Positions 11,893-24,900 of a stretch of DNA of 64,000 nt are shown here, piece after piece. Within the stretch, counting starts at the first letter, position 1, and every line of letters starts with the position of its first letter. Both the position numbers and the translations under genes were made by a program. The notes under the pieces are model-generated. The model was not told the origin of the DNA. It did not search any database and saw nothing but the letters and a program-made list of their open reading frames with translations. This DNA is from Blasia pusilla (lineage: Eukaryota), in contig CM114271.1 of NCBI GenBank assembly GCA_050084515.1, forward strand, positions 41,354,001 to 41,418,000, read 5' to 3'.

Positions 11893-14800
11893 CAGAGTCC
11901 GGGGAGCTTTTCCCGAGGCATTTGAAAATTTTCTAATCCTGGCTAAGATAAGGGGAGATTTTTTTAATCTCTCAGCCGATTACTGCTATTTAGATTATCA
12001 TGCCGGTTTTTTTCTCTTCTAGCCAGTCCTGGTTGGTATAATTTGAACCAGTGTGAGGCCCTCTCATCTCATCCAAAATAGAATAGTGAGAGTTTTTATT
12101 TCTAAAAATGCTAAAAATATAAAATTTTGATATTTTTAGAATAAATGTGTTATTTGCCATATGTTCATTCCTTCTAAAGAGGTGTTGTGGCAATGCTGAA
12201 TTTTTTTATTTAAAACAATACACTATATTTGGAGCCCTAACAAGACAATTAAAAAATGGTTTTTATTTTTTAAAACGGTTTTAATCCGAATGTTAAAAAT
12301 CGTAGCCACTCTATTTATGGTATTTTGGAAATGGACGCATCCAATTTTGAGTTGTTTTATCGGCCGACGGAAAATTTCCGGCACATGTGTTTTCTCGGAC
12401 GTCTGCCAATTTTTTGCACATATGTAACAAGCCTTTTTTTTATCTTTCCCCTATGTTTTTTCTCTCTTTACCTTCACCTCATCATCTACCTTGCTCCCTT
12501 TTACCTGGGAGCAAAACCTCCCTTCCAAAATCTTCCCTTCAAAAATTTGCATGGAGGAAATCTTCTACTCTCTACCTTGAGGTATCCTTGGCAGTAGCCA
12601 TGCCTCCCCACCAGTTCGAAGCCAAGGATCATACCCCTCTATAATACTTGGAGCTCCTGAGCTCCAAGTGTTCTAGAAGGGCTCTACGTCCTACAAAACA
12701 AAACACACATCAAACTAACAAGTCAAGAGATGGGGCAACACATTCCGTTTCTACTTGAGAGTTCATGTATCGATCGAGATTAGAATACAAGGACCTAAAA
12801 TCAGCAGATGTTTTCCACAATATGATAGATTCACACAACATGTCGTCGTAGTCACTTGCAGGTCCTTCTAAAGCAATCATTAGTACAACATCTAGATGTT
12901 TAGTACCTAGTTTTTACAAGTCTTAGTCTTAATCAAATTCTGAATTGGGAAAGCCCTCTCACATATGGCAGTGCTAACATATTGAACCCTTGCAACATTA
13001 GCCAAAACAAGCAAGTTGGAAAACTTACATTCTAAAGTGGGGCTCCAACTCACCATTGCCCATAAATCTCTGAAATTACGATCTTTCCACCCAGTTGTAG
13101 CCATCAACTTGAATGATTCAAATTCCTCCATCACTATGACAGAGGGTTGGAGATATCCCTTGAATGGTAACTCACACCCAAAATGTGCACACAAGTCTTC
13201 CAAGTCCTTAGATCCCCAGCTATTTAACCCAACTTGTTGGGAGCGCATGTGCAATGGGTTCAAAATTCTCATTGCACCAATAAGATTGTTATCCGTAAAT
13301 CTTTTTTGCAATTCTAAACAAACACTTTCAGCATATGACTTTTCAAATAAGAGAGTGGCTTCCAAATCCTTGCATGAACGGTCTCTCAACATATCTATGC
13401 TATGAAACTTATTATCCATGATCTCGGATTGCAAACGTCTAAGATATCGATTTAGGGGGGACGAAAATCAGGTAGGATATGATAACCTGTTTCTTCCGAA
13501 AATCTAGATGCATTGAAATGTAGACTCTCCATCACAAAATTCATGGTAATAGAAGCAATCTCAAAAGTAACAATGTTGCCAATAGTACTAACGTCAAAAG
13601 ACTTGTATTGGAAGATCTTAGTCAAGTTAGCAAAATTTGGAAAGAATATCTAAAAAAAAAAAAGTGATAAGTGATTTGGAATGACCTTAACTTGTTGTAT
13701 AAATTTGAGGCATTTCGTCATCTTATGAAGGGAAAATATCTCTGAAAATGTCAATATAGAGTCAAGCTTAATCACACAATGTACATACTGATTTTGCCAA
13801 TGTGACAACCATCTTATTTTATGATATCTCTTCTTGACTCGTTGAGAGTCATTCAACTTCTCTTGAAGTGATGCTAGGTTAGCTTTCCTCTTTGATGACC
13901 TTTTGAAATACCCTCCTATGACATTCAAAATAGAATCAATTTCTGTTGAAATGACTTTACAATAAGATGCTCGCTGATGTTAAAGCCGCAAGATTGGTTT
14001 TTTGCGCTATATAATGCACCGAGAGCAGAAACTGGTTAACCTTTTGCTTCAATTGAGAAGCTACCCCAATTTGGCTACCTACCATTGTAAAGGCCCCATC
14101 TGAACCAAATCCAACCATTTTGGAATGCTCTAGTCCTCCATCTTTCATAAACTCCAACAAAGTATTAGTGATAGCATTAAAACATTTAGATTCACAAAAA
14201 TAAACCTAGAAAACAACACTCAACGTGTTCCTCTTCTATGAATGTTGCAAACACAACTAAATTCTGTGTCACCCAGATATCAGTAGACTCATCGATCAGA
14301 ATCCCAAAGAAACGAGATGATTGAACTCTAGCTAGAGTCCTCTTTATCAAAATTTGGCAAATGAAAAACACATCTTACTACAACTCTTTTCATCTTGATA
14401 AAGGTCCCTGGTGATAGATGCATTCATGGCAAGCAAAAATTTACATCGAGCGATGAATTTTGAGAAGGGCATGGCCTCCTTTGCAAGAAAATATGCACAC
14501 TTTAGAGTCAAGAGTGCGACCTCACAGTTTCGGTTGGATGTGGCGATGGCCTTTGCCATAGATTTCTTACCCCAATTGGATGCCCAAGCAAGCTTTACAT
14601 GCTCGTTCGATTTTGCATGATCTATGAATGCCGAAACTTTACAATTGATTGCACCATCCATAGCAAATACACTCTTGCCCCTACCCTTTCTACAGACATT
14701 ATAATGGATCCTCCCACTTGTTCTATCAAATCTTATCCAATCATACATTGTATATCACACATCCTTCCAAGTTACACGATTTTTCTCAGATATGGATGAA

Positions 14801-16512
14801 TTTCTCCCTAGCGTACTTTGGTCTTCCCTCTCATCGGATGATCCCGACAAGCTATGACATCGGACTGTTCCTTCCAAAGCAATTCATTCATAGTTTGCTG
14901 GCGGTTAGCCATACCAAACACAAGCCAAAGTAGAGCAAAGTTGGGAAGTCTTGAGTCGGAAGTACACATAGGTCGTGCATGAGAGTACTCTAAATAGCAC
15001 TACGAGTAAGAGGTGTGGGATGCCGCAATCTGTCCTAAATTTTTGGAACCGCTCAGGTCGTCAGCATAGGAAACTACGGCTCTAAACATCTAAAACTAAT
15101 GGAGTCAAGACGCAGAGGATGCAATGAGGCACATGCAGGTCCCTGCTGGAAATTCATGTTGAAGGTAAAAATATTTACATTCATCACGAAGAACAAGTTG
15201 GAAAACACATGGAAGTTCAAACCCTAAAACTAAACCTCCATAAGACTTAAGTTTTTCGGGCACAACCTATGCTGCCCCAATGCACAAGTATGAGCTACAA
15301 TAGGACCTTTGATGTAGCACATCAAAAGCTACAACACTAGTGAGCAATCGACCTCAATCGATGCCATAATCAAGCTCGACCATACTGATCATCAAGGAGA
15401 GATCTGGGTGAGGACATTCGGCCATGACCAGGGCTTTGCAGCATGACCATGACGCAACAATTGCTAGCAGCGTGGCTACAAGGCAGCAAGAGCAAGAGAT
15501 CTTGCAGCGCGAACTAGGGAACCGCAATAAGAGGGATAGCGTGGCTAAAAGGCAGCAAGAGAGCTATGAACGCAACTACCAGGGATTCATGGAATAGCAC
15601 CAAGACTCCAAGAGCGAAAGCGTGTCACCAAGAGCGAGAAATACAACTATGAGTTCCAGTAGGAAGGAAAGGCGAGCGAACTAAATAGGCAAGAAAAGAC
15701 ACATGTCGAAACGGAGGCTCTGAGCGCACCGGCAAGCAAGAGTGCACTCAACGAGCAAGAGCTTCCCAAAGCGGGCAAGAACGCAACCACAACAGCAAGC
15801 AAGCAAGAGCGCACAAATCTCTTGCTCTTGCTTAGTCGAGAACACAACAGCGAGCAAGAGTGTACAACCGCTTAGCGCGTAGCAACAACCAAGAGCGGCC
15901 CGATGGGACTCGAAGAGTATCAAACGGTTCCGGAGGGGTAGTCAAGTCCTTAGGGTGCGGTTGAGATTAGGGCACCCTACAAAGTTTGGTAAAACCCTTT
16001 AGTGTGCGGCCAGGATTCGAAAATAAGCTGGAGTGCATATCCATCCCTCCTTCTAGCCCTCCAATCTCCTTCTAACCCTCATCAATTTCGCAGTTGTCAA
16101 GAACCATTCCAATAGTATTCCGCCATGCTGTAGTATGACACCGATCACTTTCCGGTATCTCTTCCCGTGATAGGTGTTAGTTTCGATAGTGCCATTGCAA
16201 TTTCCGGTAGGTTTCCGGAAATCCGACTGCCGATTTCCTAGAACTCACTCAAATGCACTGGAGACTCCTCAGATCTCTCGAGCAGAGACGGAATTTTAAA
16301 AACAACTTCTGGTTTTACTTATTAGTATGAGCTACAATAGGACCTCATACTTTTATATCAAAACCTCGGAGCTCCCCATACATTGATCCTGACCTGCTAT
16401 TCCAAAAAGAGAACTTGTAATACAAAAGAGATCCTATAAGTTATTCAGAATTTGAATCGGTAATTTTCAACCTGCCAACTAGGCACATAATCCCAGTTCT
16501 CCCCTGACATTG
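11893..16512 (-). mobile_element. Full-length (4620 bp) hAT DNA transposon with decayed transposase
   Basis: TIRs CAGAGTCCGGGGAG / CTCCCCTGACATTG; 8-bp TSD GAGTGGAC at 11885-11892 and 16513-16520; internal transposase pseudogene. Confidence 0.92.
12850..14750 (-). pseudogene. hAT transposase pseudogene (ZNF862-like type)
   Basis: Fragments in the expected order: zinc-finger-like N-terminus (NVCRK...HAKSNEH), FFGILIDESTDI, GFGSDGAFTMVG, HYIAQK (degenerate CxxH), RWLS and VSTAICERAF (dimerisation domain); several frameshifts. Confidence 0.88.
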
Positions 16513-18411
16513 GAGTGGACGTTTATCTCTAGACTTTTGTTCGGAGGAGTCATATCGAAAATCGAGCAGGGAATATACTTTCAAACCTCACATGGGTATG
16601 TTTTAAAAATTATAAAACACTACTGATTTATATTGAAATTATAAATCAGTAGTGGGTGTCAATGTGATATGTGGATTAATGGTGTGTAATCATCCATCAT
16701 TGATATAAAAATATTACCACTCCTTTTATTCACTGCTGAAATTATATGTGATCACTTTAATCCTATTGGCTCAACGGGAGAGGAATTTGAAAATGGAAGG
16801 GACACTCTTAGAGCACGATTAACATATCCAAACCATCATGCTACTCCAATGTACGTTAACTTTAACTCCCCATATGCTTCATGGAAAAGGACTATAAAAC
16901 ATGCTCTCTCCAAGCGGTTCTAATTAACGTATTTTTTGGACCGTGAACAGTCAAATAATTACATCCTAGTTTCATAAACTAGAGCTCAACTTGGAATCTT
17001 TTTGTATCAGGGAGGAATTGTGGGGATGCTAGTTTCCTGAAATGATTTCCAGCATTTCGAAACTATGACGTGCAGCTTGAATGTCAGAGGAAGAGAAGAT
17101 TTTGTCGTGACCATTTTGTTCTCCTAAATTGATATTCAAGCACATCCACTTCTGACTAGCTTACTCTAAGCGACATATTATCTGTCACGGACTATCCAGC
17201 CTGAACATAGGATCTAGAGTCCCAAAGCAAAGACAGGCAATACTTAATGACTAGTCTCCGCGAGAATTTGACGAGGAGCCACAAAGCTGAATCAACTCCT
17301 ACTAACGACACTCGACATTGGTGCCTACACACAATGATCCTGTCGAGCCTCTGTCAAATGTGGTGTGCTCCTTGCGAGCCTTCATAATCCGGAACCAGTT
17401 AAATGTTAAAACTCGTCGAAACCACGAGCACATGTTACAGAAGGATCGCTGCTAGTGCATAAATTCAACACTTAGATATACCACTGGTATGAGCTTCTGT
17501 CCATGTGGTAATACCTGTAGCACTGTCATACAAAGTAAGATAGATACAGAAACTTGATGAGTACAGCTGAAATTCATCAACACATTTTCTATTATGGGTT
17601 GGATCCTGATCTTCACCAACACCCATATGAGAAAAGACGCCTATGAGAGGCTTTTGGTTATGACAAGTGCTTAGATGACATCTCACCAAATTTCAAACTA
17701 TCACATAAGTCAAGGATTTAGAGAAACACTCACCAGCATCTGGCCCTTTCCAGTATGTCAAGCACACGAGAGCTACCTCCATCAGGTCCGTCACATGGTA
17801 TGTTAGATTTTTTAAGGCATGAAATCAGAACCTGTCGCTTCCTTCCAGGTAGCCCCAGATAAACCTGCACGTCAATTGATCATGTTTGTGATCCAAGTTC
17901 CTCATAATATTACCATTATATCTAGACAATGATGCATAAAAATTTGCAGACTGGGAGGAGGATGGTTAACTAAGGAATGTGTAAAGATAGAGACATTACA
18001 GAAGAAAACATGATCCATGGTCTAGTCACACTACAACCATGTTTCACTTTAACTCAGGACAACTCAGATGTTCAAACAAAAGGGTCCCAGCATTCTGAAA
18101 GAGTCCTATGGAGCCACCAAAGATCTCAATACACAGATAGATAAGCAAACATCCGAACGAGGTTATTTATAACAGTTTAGTGGGCAAGTATCTTAGTAAC
18201 AGAAAGCAGATGAGAGAAGGGTATGATGAATGCACCGCTTCTTCAATCAAAGCTTTTAAAAACGAAATTCCTTTGTTTCAAGTTAGATCCACGGCAATAA
18301 CGAAAATAAAGGGCCCGTTTTACCTCAAGAGTTCGGACTGAGAATGAAAAGGTCGAGGTTCAGTGGCTTTTTTGCAATTTCTTCTGAAAAAAGACTTCTT
18401 TTGAAACAAAT

Positions 18412-21172
18412 TCATGGCCTCCAATCACTTTGGTAGTACTCATTGGGGAGTCCCAGCCAAAACTTGAATGCTTCAACTGCCTTCCGCTTCTCAGCTGATT
18501 TGGCACGTCTTCTAGCTGATACATGCTTGCTAGTGTACAAATTTGAGTAAAGCTCGATGAACATACGTTTGTATTTGGTCTTGTCTGCCAAGATACCCTC
18601 CTGCTCCATACAAGAGACCACTTCCAAAGCTTTCTGGAAATACCCAGCTCTAACGCAAGTGTCGACTAGGCAATCTAACAACCCACCATCTGGAGCAAGC
18701 GGCTCAATTTCACTTCCTTTCTTTGCCATTGTCCTTTCTTGTATTTCCTTCCAAATGACAAGAGCATCACCAGCTTTACCAGCTGTAGCATATCCTTTCA
18801 CCAGACTTCCATAAGTGGCCACACTAGGGTGTAACCCCTGCTCCTTCATCTCAGTGAAACCTCTCTTTGCTTCATCCATCAGTCCAGCCCTACAGTAGCC
18901 ATCAATTAGCACATTCCACGCAATCACATCCACTCTCATCCATGGATCCTGCTGCATTTCTTCGAACACTTCAGCCACCAATCTCGGTTGCCCATTCCTT
19001 GCAAACGCCTTCATTAGAGTGGAATAACTCACCTCGGATGGGGCGATACCAGCAAACCTCATTTCCCGAAAAACTTCCAACGCAACCACATTGTCATCCC
19101 TATGAATGCACCCGTTGATTAAAGTGTTGTACGACACTACGTCCGGTGCAAGGCCTGCAGCTTTCATCTCTTTAATCAGCTCGTAAGCCACAGAGAGTCG
19201 ACCCGCATTGCAGTAACCCTTCAGCAAAATATTGTAGGTTACCAGATTAGCAGGTACTTTCTGAGCAGCCATCTCATGAAGAACACTTCTTGCTTCGTCC
19301 ATCAATCCCTGCTTCACACATGCGCTTAAGACTGTTGTGTAAGTGACCTCATTAGGTTGACTGCTCGCGTCTTCCTCTTTCTGCATAGCTATAAGAAGCT
19401 GAACCGCATCTTTCATTCGGCCTTTCTTCACATAGCCATTCATCAATGTCGTGTAAGTGCGCACGTCAGGTTTCACGCGGCATCTCCAAACAGAATTCAC
19501 CGTTGTCCTCTCCGCACTCTTCTTCATGGCCCGCTCTGGGACCTTTTCTTTCCTCATAATTTTCTCCAGCCATTGGGATGATTTCGTGGACTTCCGCTGT
19601 CCTACTTCACGCGAACGCTCCGTTGGGGAAGGGTTCAAATCCTTCCAAAATTGCGATTGCCTCGAACCCTGCTGCATTGCCTGCACCACTTTCTCTGCCT
19701 CATCCAGTTCTCCCAAGCTCACATATGCATGAACTAACGAATTGTAAGTGGACAAATCAGGCATGATCCCCACCTCCTCCATCTGCTGAACGACGATGGG
19801 GAGTTGACATATTTCCTCGGCTTTGGCAAATAGCTTAATCAAAACGTTGAAAGTGACAAGGTCTGGTTCCACTTTGAAAATTTCCATGCGCTCCAAAAAA
19901 ATCTCTGCTTCCTTAACTAGTCCAGCTGTGGCGCATGCATTGAGCACCGCATTGAATGCACCGGTGTCCGGTCCCATCTTTCCACGCTGTGCAATAGACC
20001 CTTCTCCATGCATGGGACCAACAGAGGTTTCCTTTTCTGATTCCCTCGCAGAATTCCGGGAGTTTGAGTCGACCATGACTAAGTTACAAATTTCGTCGAA
20101 CAGCTCCAGAGCTAAAGGTGCATCGTATGGGTGCTTTCCGAGACGACTGACTACTGCGCTCCAGACTTTCACAGGTGGATATGTCCCCATATGCAACATG
20201 ACTCTTGTGATACTGAGGGCGTAACGTGCCGCTCCCGCACGCGCAGAGGCCATAACAACCAGACCCAGTGCATCTGTGTCTAAGAGACACACCTTCTCTA
20301 CGTTTTGGAGATCGACCAATATACTCTGTGCTCGTGAAAGGGCAGAAGGGCTGCCCTTGTGAGAAAGCTGTGCTACCAATCTACTGCAGCACACTTGGGA
20401 TGGCAGCATACCAACTCTTCTCAATTCTTGATGCAACTGCCATGCATCCTCTGTTCTTCTTTCCTGAAGAGCTCTCAGCAACCTTTCTTCAATTGTGTCA
20501 CTGTCAAATCTTAAAGGCAGGGACTGAGAACCAACACAATGCACGCCAATTCCTCGAGCTCCAGGAGGTCGAATTCTCAGTTGTTTGACTGTTCTACCTG
20601 GCTGCAGAGAACCAAATGAGCACTCTCAACATACCATGGCTTACGGCAACAACTTGAAGGCTTGGTGATGATTAAACCCTGCTACCATTCTTGTTACCAC
20701 ATTCCAATACAGACCCGTGTGCACATATTGGCAGTAGAAATGCCTAAAACTGGAAAGAAAAACAGAGTTGAGAGAAAGGAGCGGTGGTCCGTTGACGCCA
20801 TTTTGCGTACGGAGGATGGCGAGGAACACCAGGTCTCCGAGAATGACTGAACCAGCTAGATTCGAGGCAATGTCATACCTTAGGAGCTACAAAAGAGAAC
20901 GACCGTCGCATACGCCGGGAAGACAAGACACCATATAGTGTGAGCTTCACGAAGGGACAAGTGCCCTGCACAAGGCCAAGAGACAGTGCATCCACTCGCA
21001 TCTGGAAGTGCGATGTAGATCCCATAACCTTCCTTCTGCCTCGTCCTCCCAAAACCAAAGGTCTACAGGACACGCGGATAGCATAACTCGCGGACGTGAG
21101 CTGCGATGAGGCAGGCGTCTCTGGCGAACATGAATTACAACCTCCGCCCGTCTGCAACCCCAGTGCAAACAT
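18412..21172 (-). CDS. HCF152: Chloroplast P-class pentatricopeptide repeat protein, HCF152 homolog; exons 21172-20879 and 20601-18412, 827 aa
   Basis: Multiple 35-aa PPR motifs (PDTGAFNAVLNACA, PDVRTYTTLMNGY, PNEVTYTTVLSAC and others). The N-terminal LLRALQERRTEDAW/CSRLVAQLS and C-terminal AVEAFKFWLGLPNEYY match my recollection of Arabidopsis HCF152. A phase-0 GT-AG intron (AAG|GTATGA...CTGCAG|CCA) joins the two ORFs in frame. Confidence 0.85.
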
Positions 21173-21929
21173 CTCCGCTTCCTGCCTCTGGCAATCCAAT
21201 CCGGGCAGCGAAATCCTCTGTCGGCGCACCCGCAGGTTCCCGATCACACACTCCCGACAATTTTCCGCTCACCAATCCTTCAGACACCCTGTCCTTCTCC
21301 TGGACGCCTCTCCCTTCCGTCTCAGGAATCTTCTCCTCCCATCCTCGCTCTGCACAATTTTGAAGGTTCTGCGTGCCATGGCCCCTCCGCGAGCCTCGTG
21401 GCCCAATTCAAAGTCTCACAAACCTGCCGAAGCGGCTCGCAACACACTCTCTATCATTCCCCACTTCCCCCGGCTCTCACCAGCAATACGTCTCTACTCC
21501 TAGTCTCCTCCTCCTATGCTCTTTTCACACGCCCGCCACTGGTTTGCTTACGTGTGTTCGTCTGAACACAACTCAACCCCAGCCACCAGGCGATTCGAAA
21601 CTGTCAATTTACACCCGCGATGGTGATACGTGTCGTCACAGGAGAATGACACGCACGTTGCTCGCATTCAGAGTTGCATCCTATCGGCCCGGCTTGCGGG
21701 CTTTCAATTTCGAACAGAAATTCGCTTAAGCGGCTCCTGCAGATACATCCCTCTTTCGATGGCCCCTCGGTAATTTCGTAGGTCAATGGCCCCTGGCCGT
21801 GCCACGTAGGATCTGCAAACCGGCCACGGAGATCTTGATACCGAAATTCACCCCGACGCACTTGAATATACATCACCTTCCAAATGGATGGTTGTTAACG
21901 TAGAGTTCCGCTTATATGTAAATCCACTT

Positions 21930-24900
21930 TCTTATAAAATAAATATCAGAAGATGACAAAGAAAGGTAATAACATTTCAAAAGAGGAGTCAAAAAATGTA
22001 TAAAAGAATGCAAAAAGAAAATGGCAACAAGCCAATGCAAACATCGGCTCAACGAACTACACGATTGATAACCTGAAACAAATCTGACAAGAATACGAAT
22101 GGTTGGTCAGATGTGAATGGACGACGAGGCGAGTGACCCCCCACCACCTCCGCACGACATATCAATGCCAAGGCTTGTGCACATTATAAGGCCACTGAGA
22201 TGCATTGCCGAAAATAAGTTGTAACTATCGAGAGAGAAGGACTACGGGAAGGGGCAAGGTGATGATTCTCGAGGGAGTGGTGAGCACATGTTTTCAGGAA
22301 AGTATCAAAAAACACATGTAAATGACCGAATTGCAAAAGGAATAAATCCATCTGTCGCAAGTCTCACAGCATAACTTAACTCCTTGATTCTTGCTGCAGC
22401 TTCGGCCACCAAACCTTTGGTATGTGCGGCTCGACACACCAAATTAGAACGTGTTGGATCAGCAATTACCACATCACCTAGTGTCCAAAATCCACCTCGA
22501 GACATAACAAGATCCACTCTCCGACGAGAGGTTGCTTGTGTGGTTGAAGGTAGTACATGGAGTTGCTCTTGCCCAACAGTGTATCCTGCAGTACGAGCCA
22601 CCGATGCTACCGCCTCTCTAATGACATCATGTGTGGCCGTTCGTTCTCCACCATGTGCACATCGGAGAATATGGATACCCTTGGCATCAATGGGATCCCC
22701 GCATACACAATTCGGCACACCTAAGAGAGAAGGATGGGGAAGTCCAAGACGTAACCGCAAAGCTGTCGAGAATATACTTCGAGGAAGACGAAATGGAAGA
22801 ATAAGAGGATTTGCAATAAGCCACACCCCCGCTCCGGTACCCGCACATGAACGTAGACAAGCTCGATTAGCGTCGGAGGATGCCTCGGAGAGAATGCTGG
22901 AAAAGTTGATTTGATGCAGATTCTCGGAGATATGCTCTTGAAGTCGATCAAGCCCTTTTGTAATCAGTTGACTGAAAGGGGGTAGAATTGCTTGTGTAGC
23001 AAGAGGAAGAAGAGCTCGTGCAGATCTCAATTGTTGTTGAAATAACAAGTCCCCCTCCTCTACATGGGCGATATGATCCATCAAGATAGGTGTATCTCCT
23101 TGGAGAAACCTTGAAGCCATAATCGGTACTACCAACGCCCAACTCCCCAAAAAGGCTGCGGGAGCATATGGGACTGTGGAGGACAGTCCCACCCCTCCAA
23201 AAGAACTAGGCAAGATAGCTCATCGTGAAGCAAAGACACCATCCTCTCCTTCAAAGGTATTCGGGCCAAGAAGTTGACCAAAAGTTGCCAAGATAGAAGC
23301 ATCAAAAGAGGCCAACCGATGTAAGAACCTTGAAGTGGGAGGACAAGTGCAAAGAAGGTAGGAAGGACGTCGTAGAAAAAATTGGGAGAGAATCCCATAA
23401 GCCATTTGGGGATCCCCAAGAAGAGGTAACAAATGAAGCCATTCCACGTCTTTCAAAAGGGCCTCATCCAAGAACTTTGAGACATAGTCGATGAAGCCAA
23501 TTGGGACCCCAAGAACTCTAAACCCTTCAATGTAGATGGGAAAATCAGGAGTAGGTGGGGTGAATGTTGAGGGAAGGCATGAAGGCGACCATACTCCACA
23601 TTTACTAGGTTGGACTTTAAGGTTCAAGAAAGAGAGTTGCTCCACGAAATGGGTATAAGCAGGAACCACTTCAGAAGGAGGACCTATAATGTGAGTGTCA
23701 TCAGCAATAGATGGGAAAAGGCAATATGGAAATGCTTGCACTGATGCTCGGAGTGCACGAAAATGGGCAATGGCAAAGAGTGGGCCCCCCATGGGATCAC
23801 CTTGACGTGTGCCACAAGCTGATTGTAGAATACTATATTCCCCAGAAATAGCATGATGGGAATCGATAATGGGCATATCATAGGCATAGAAGGAGCGAAC
23901 AAATGGAATGAGGCTTGCGAGTTGTCCTCCTACACAACGTAACTCCTCAAAGATGGCCGCACGAGAAACTAAATTGAATGCGTTAGCCACATCGACTTGA
24001 ATTGCTACCCAATCTTGATGAATATCAAGAGTGGAGCGAATCCCATGCACCACAGCCTCACAACCTCTAGGAGTTGCCACTCCAAATTGATGAGGAAATA
24101 AGTGGGCACTAAAGTGAGGACGAAATTGCAAGCATAGGGATCGACTGACCAAGCGGTATAAAACCTCTCCAATAGCCAAAGGGCGCACACCTGAATGAGG
24201 CTTATCCATAGCCAACAAACAACAAGCCCCTAAGAGCCTAGAGATAGAGAATGGGAGACGACCTGCCACCATATGTGCACACACCTTACATAGAGAGACA
24301 AAGCCACTTGCTGAATCTGCTGGGATAAAGCAATCGCGGAGATGCTCAAAAACCATCCCTGATAGCCCGCTTGCTAATAAGCGAGGAGTATGCAGAAAAG
24401 CCCTCGTGAAAACCTCCAAGTCAAGCTCCAAGTCAAGGTCCATTGTATAGTCTTCCACAAAAGTTGGAGCATCGCCACTTGAAGGAGGATGAAGAGCTTC
24501 TAAGAGAGCCAATGTTTCCGCACTTGGAACCTCCGGAGAAAGAGGACCCAATGCTCGAGCTGCACGTAAAAACTCACCAACCTGCCCCAAAATTAGACTT
24601 CGTCGAATGCGTTGTTGTATTGAAGGCCTCCCATGATTGGCATGTTGAGTGGGATGAGCCGCATCTAAGGCCTCTGCTCGAAGTACATGCTCATTCTGAA
24701 GATTCTCCCAATCCCCAGACATAAAGCGTTGAATACGTGTGGAGGTTTCATGATGACCCGTTGCACCACCCCTTGGAGGGGGGACTAAAACCCATTGTGG
24801 GAAGAGTAATAGGAGATACCAAGCATTTATATCTGTGGGGTCACGCGCTAACCTTTCTAATGGGAAAAGAAAAGCTTGTTGGGTGATGGGGCGAAGAGCA

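Noticed and set aside
18557-20588. Plus-strand ORFs overlapping the PPR gene
   Set aside because: Antisense shadows of a long coding exon, with no recognisable motifs.
23214-23222. Programmed stop-codon readthrough or two-ORF organisation in the CRE element
   Set aside because: CRE elements are single-ORF, and the copy has other lesions; a CGA/TGG-to-TGA type mutation is the simpler explanation.
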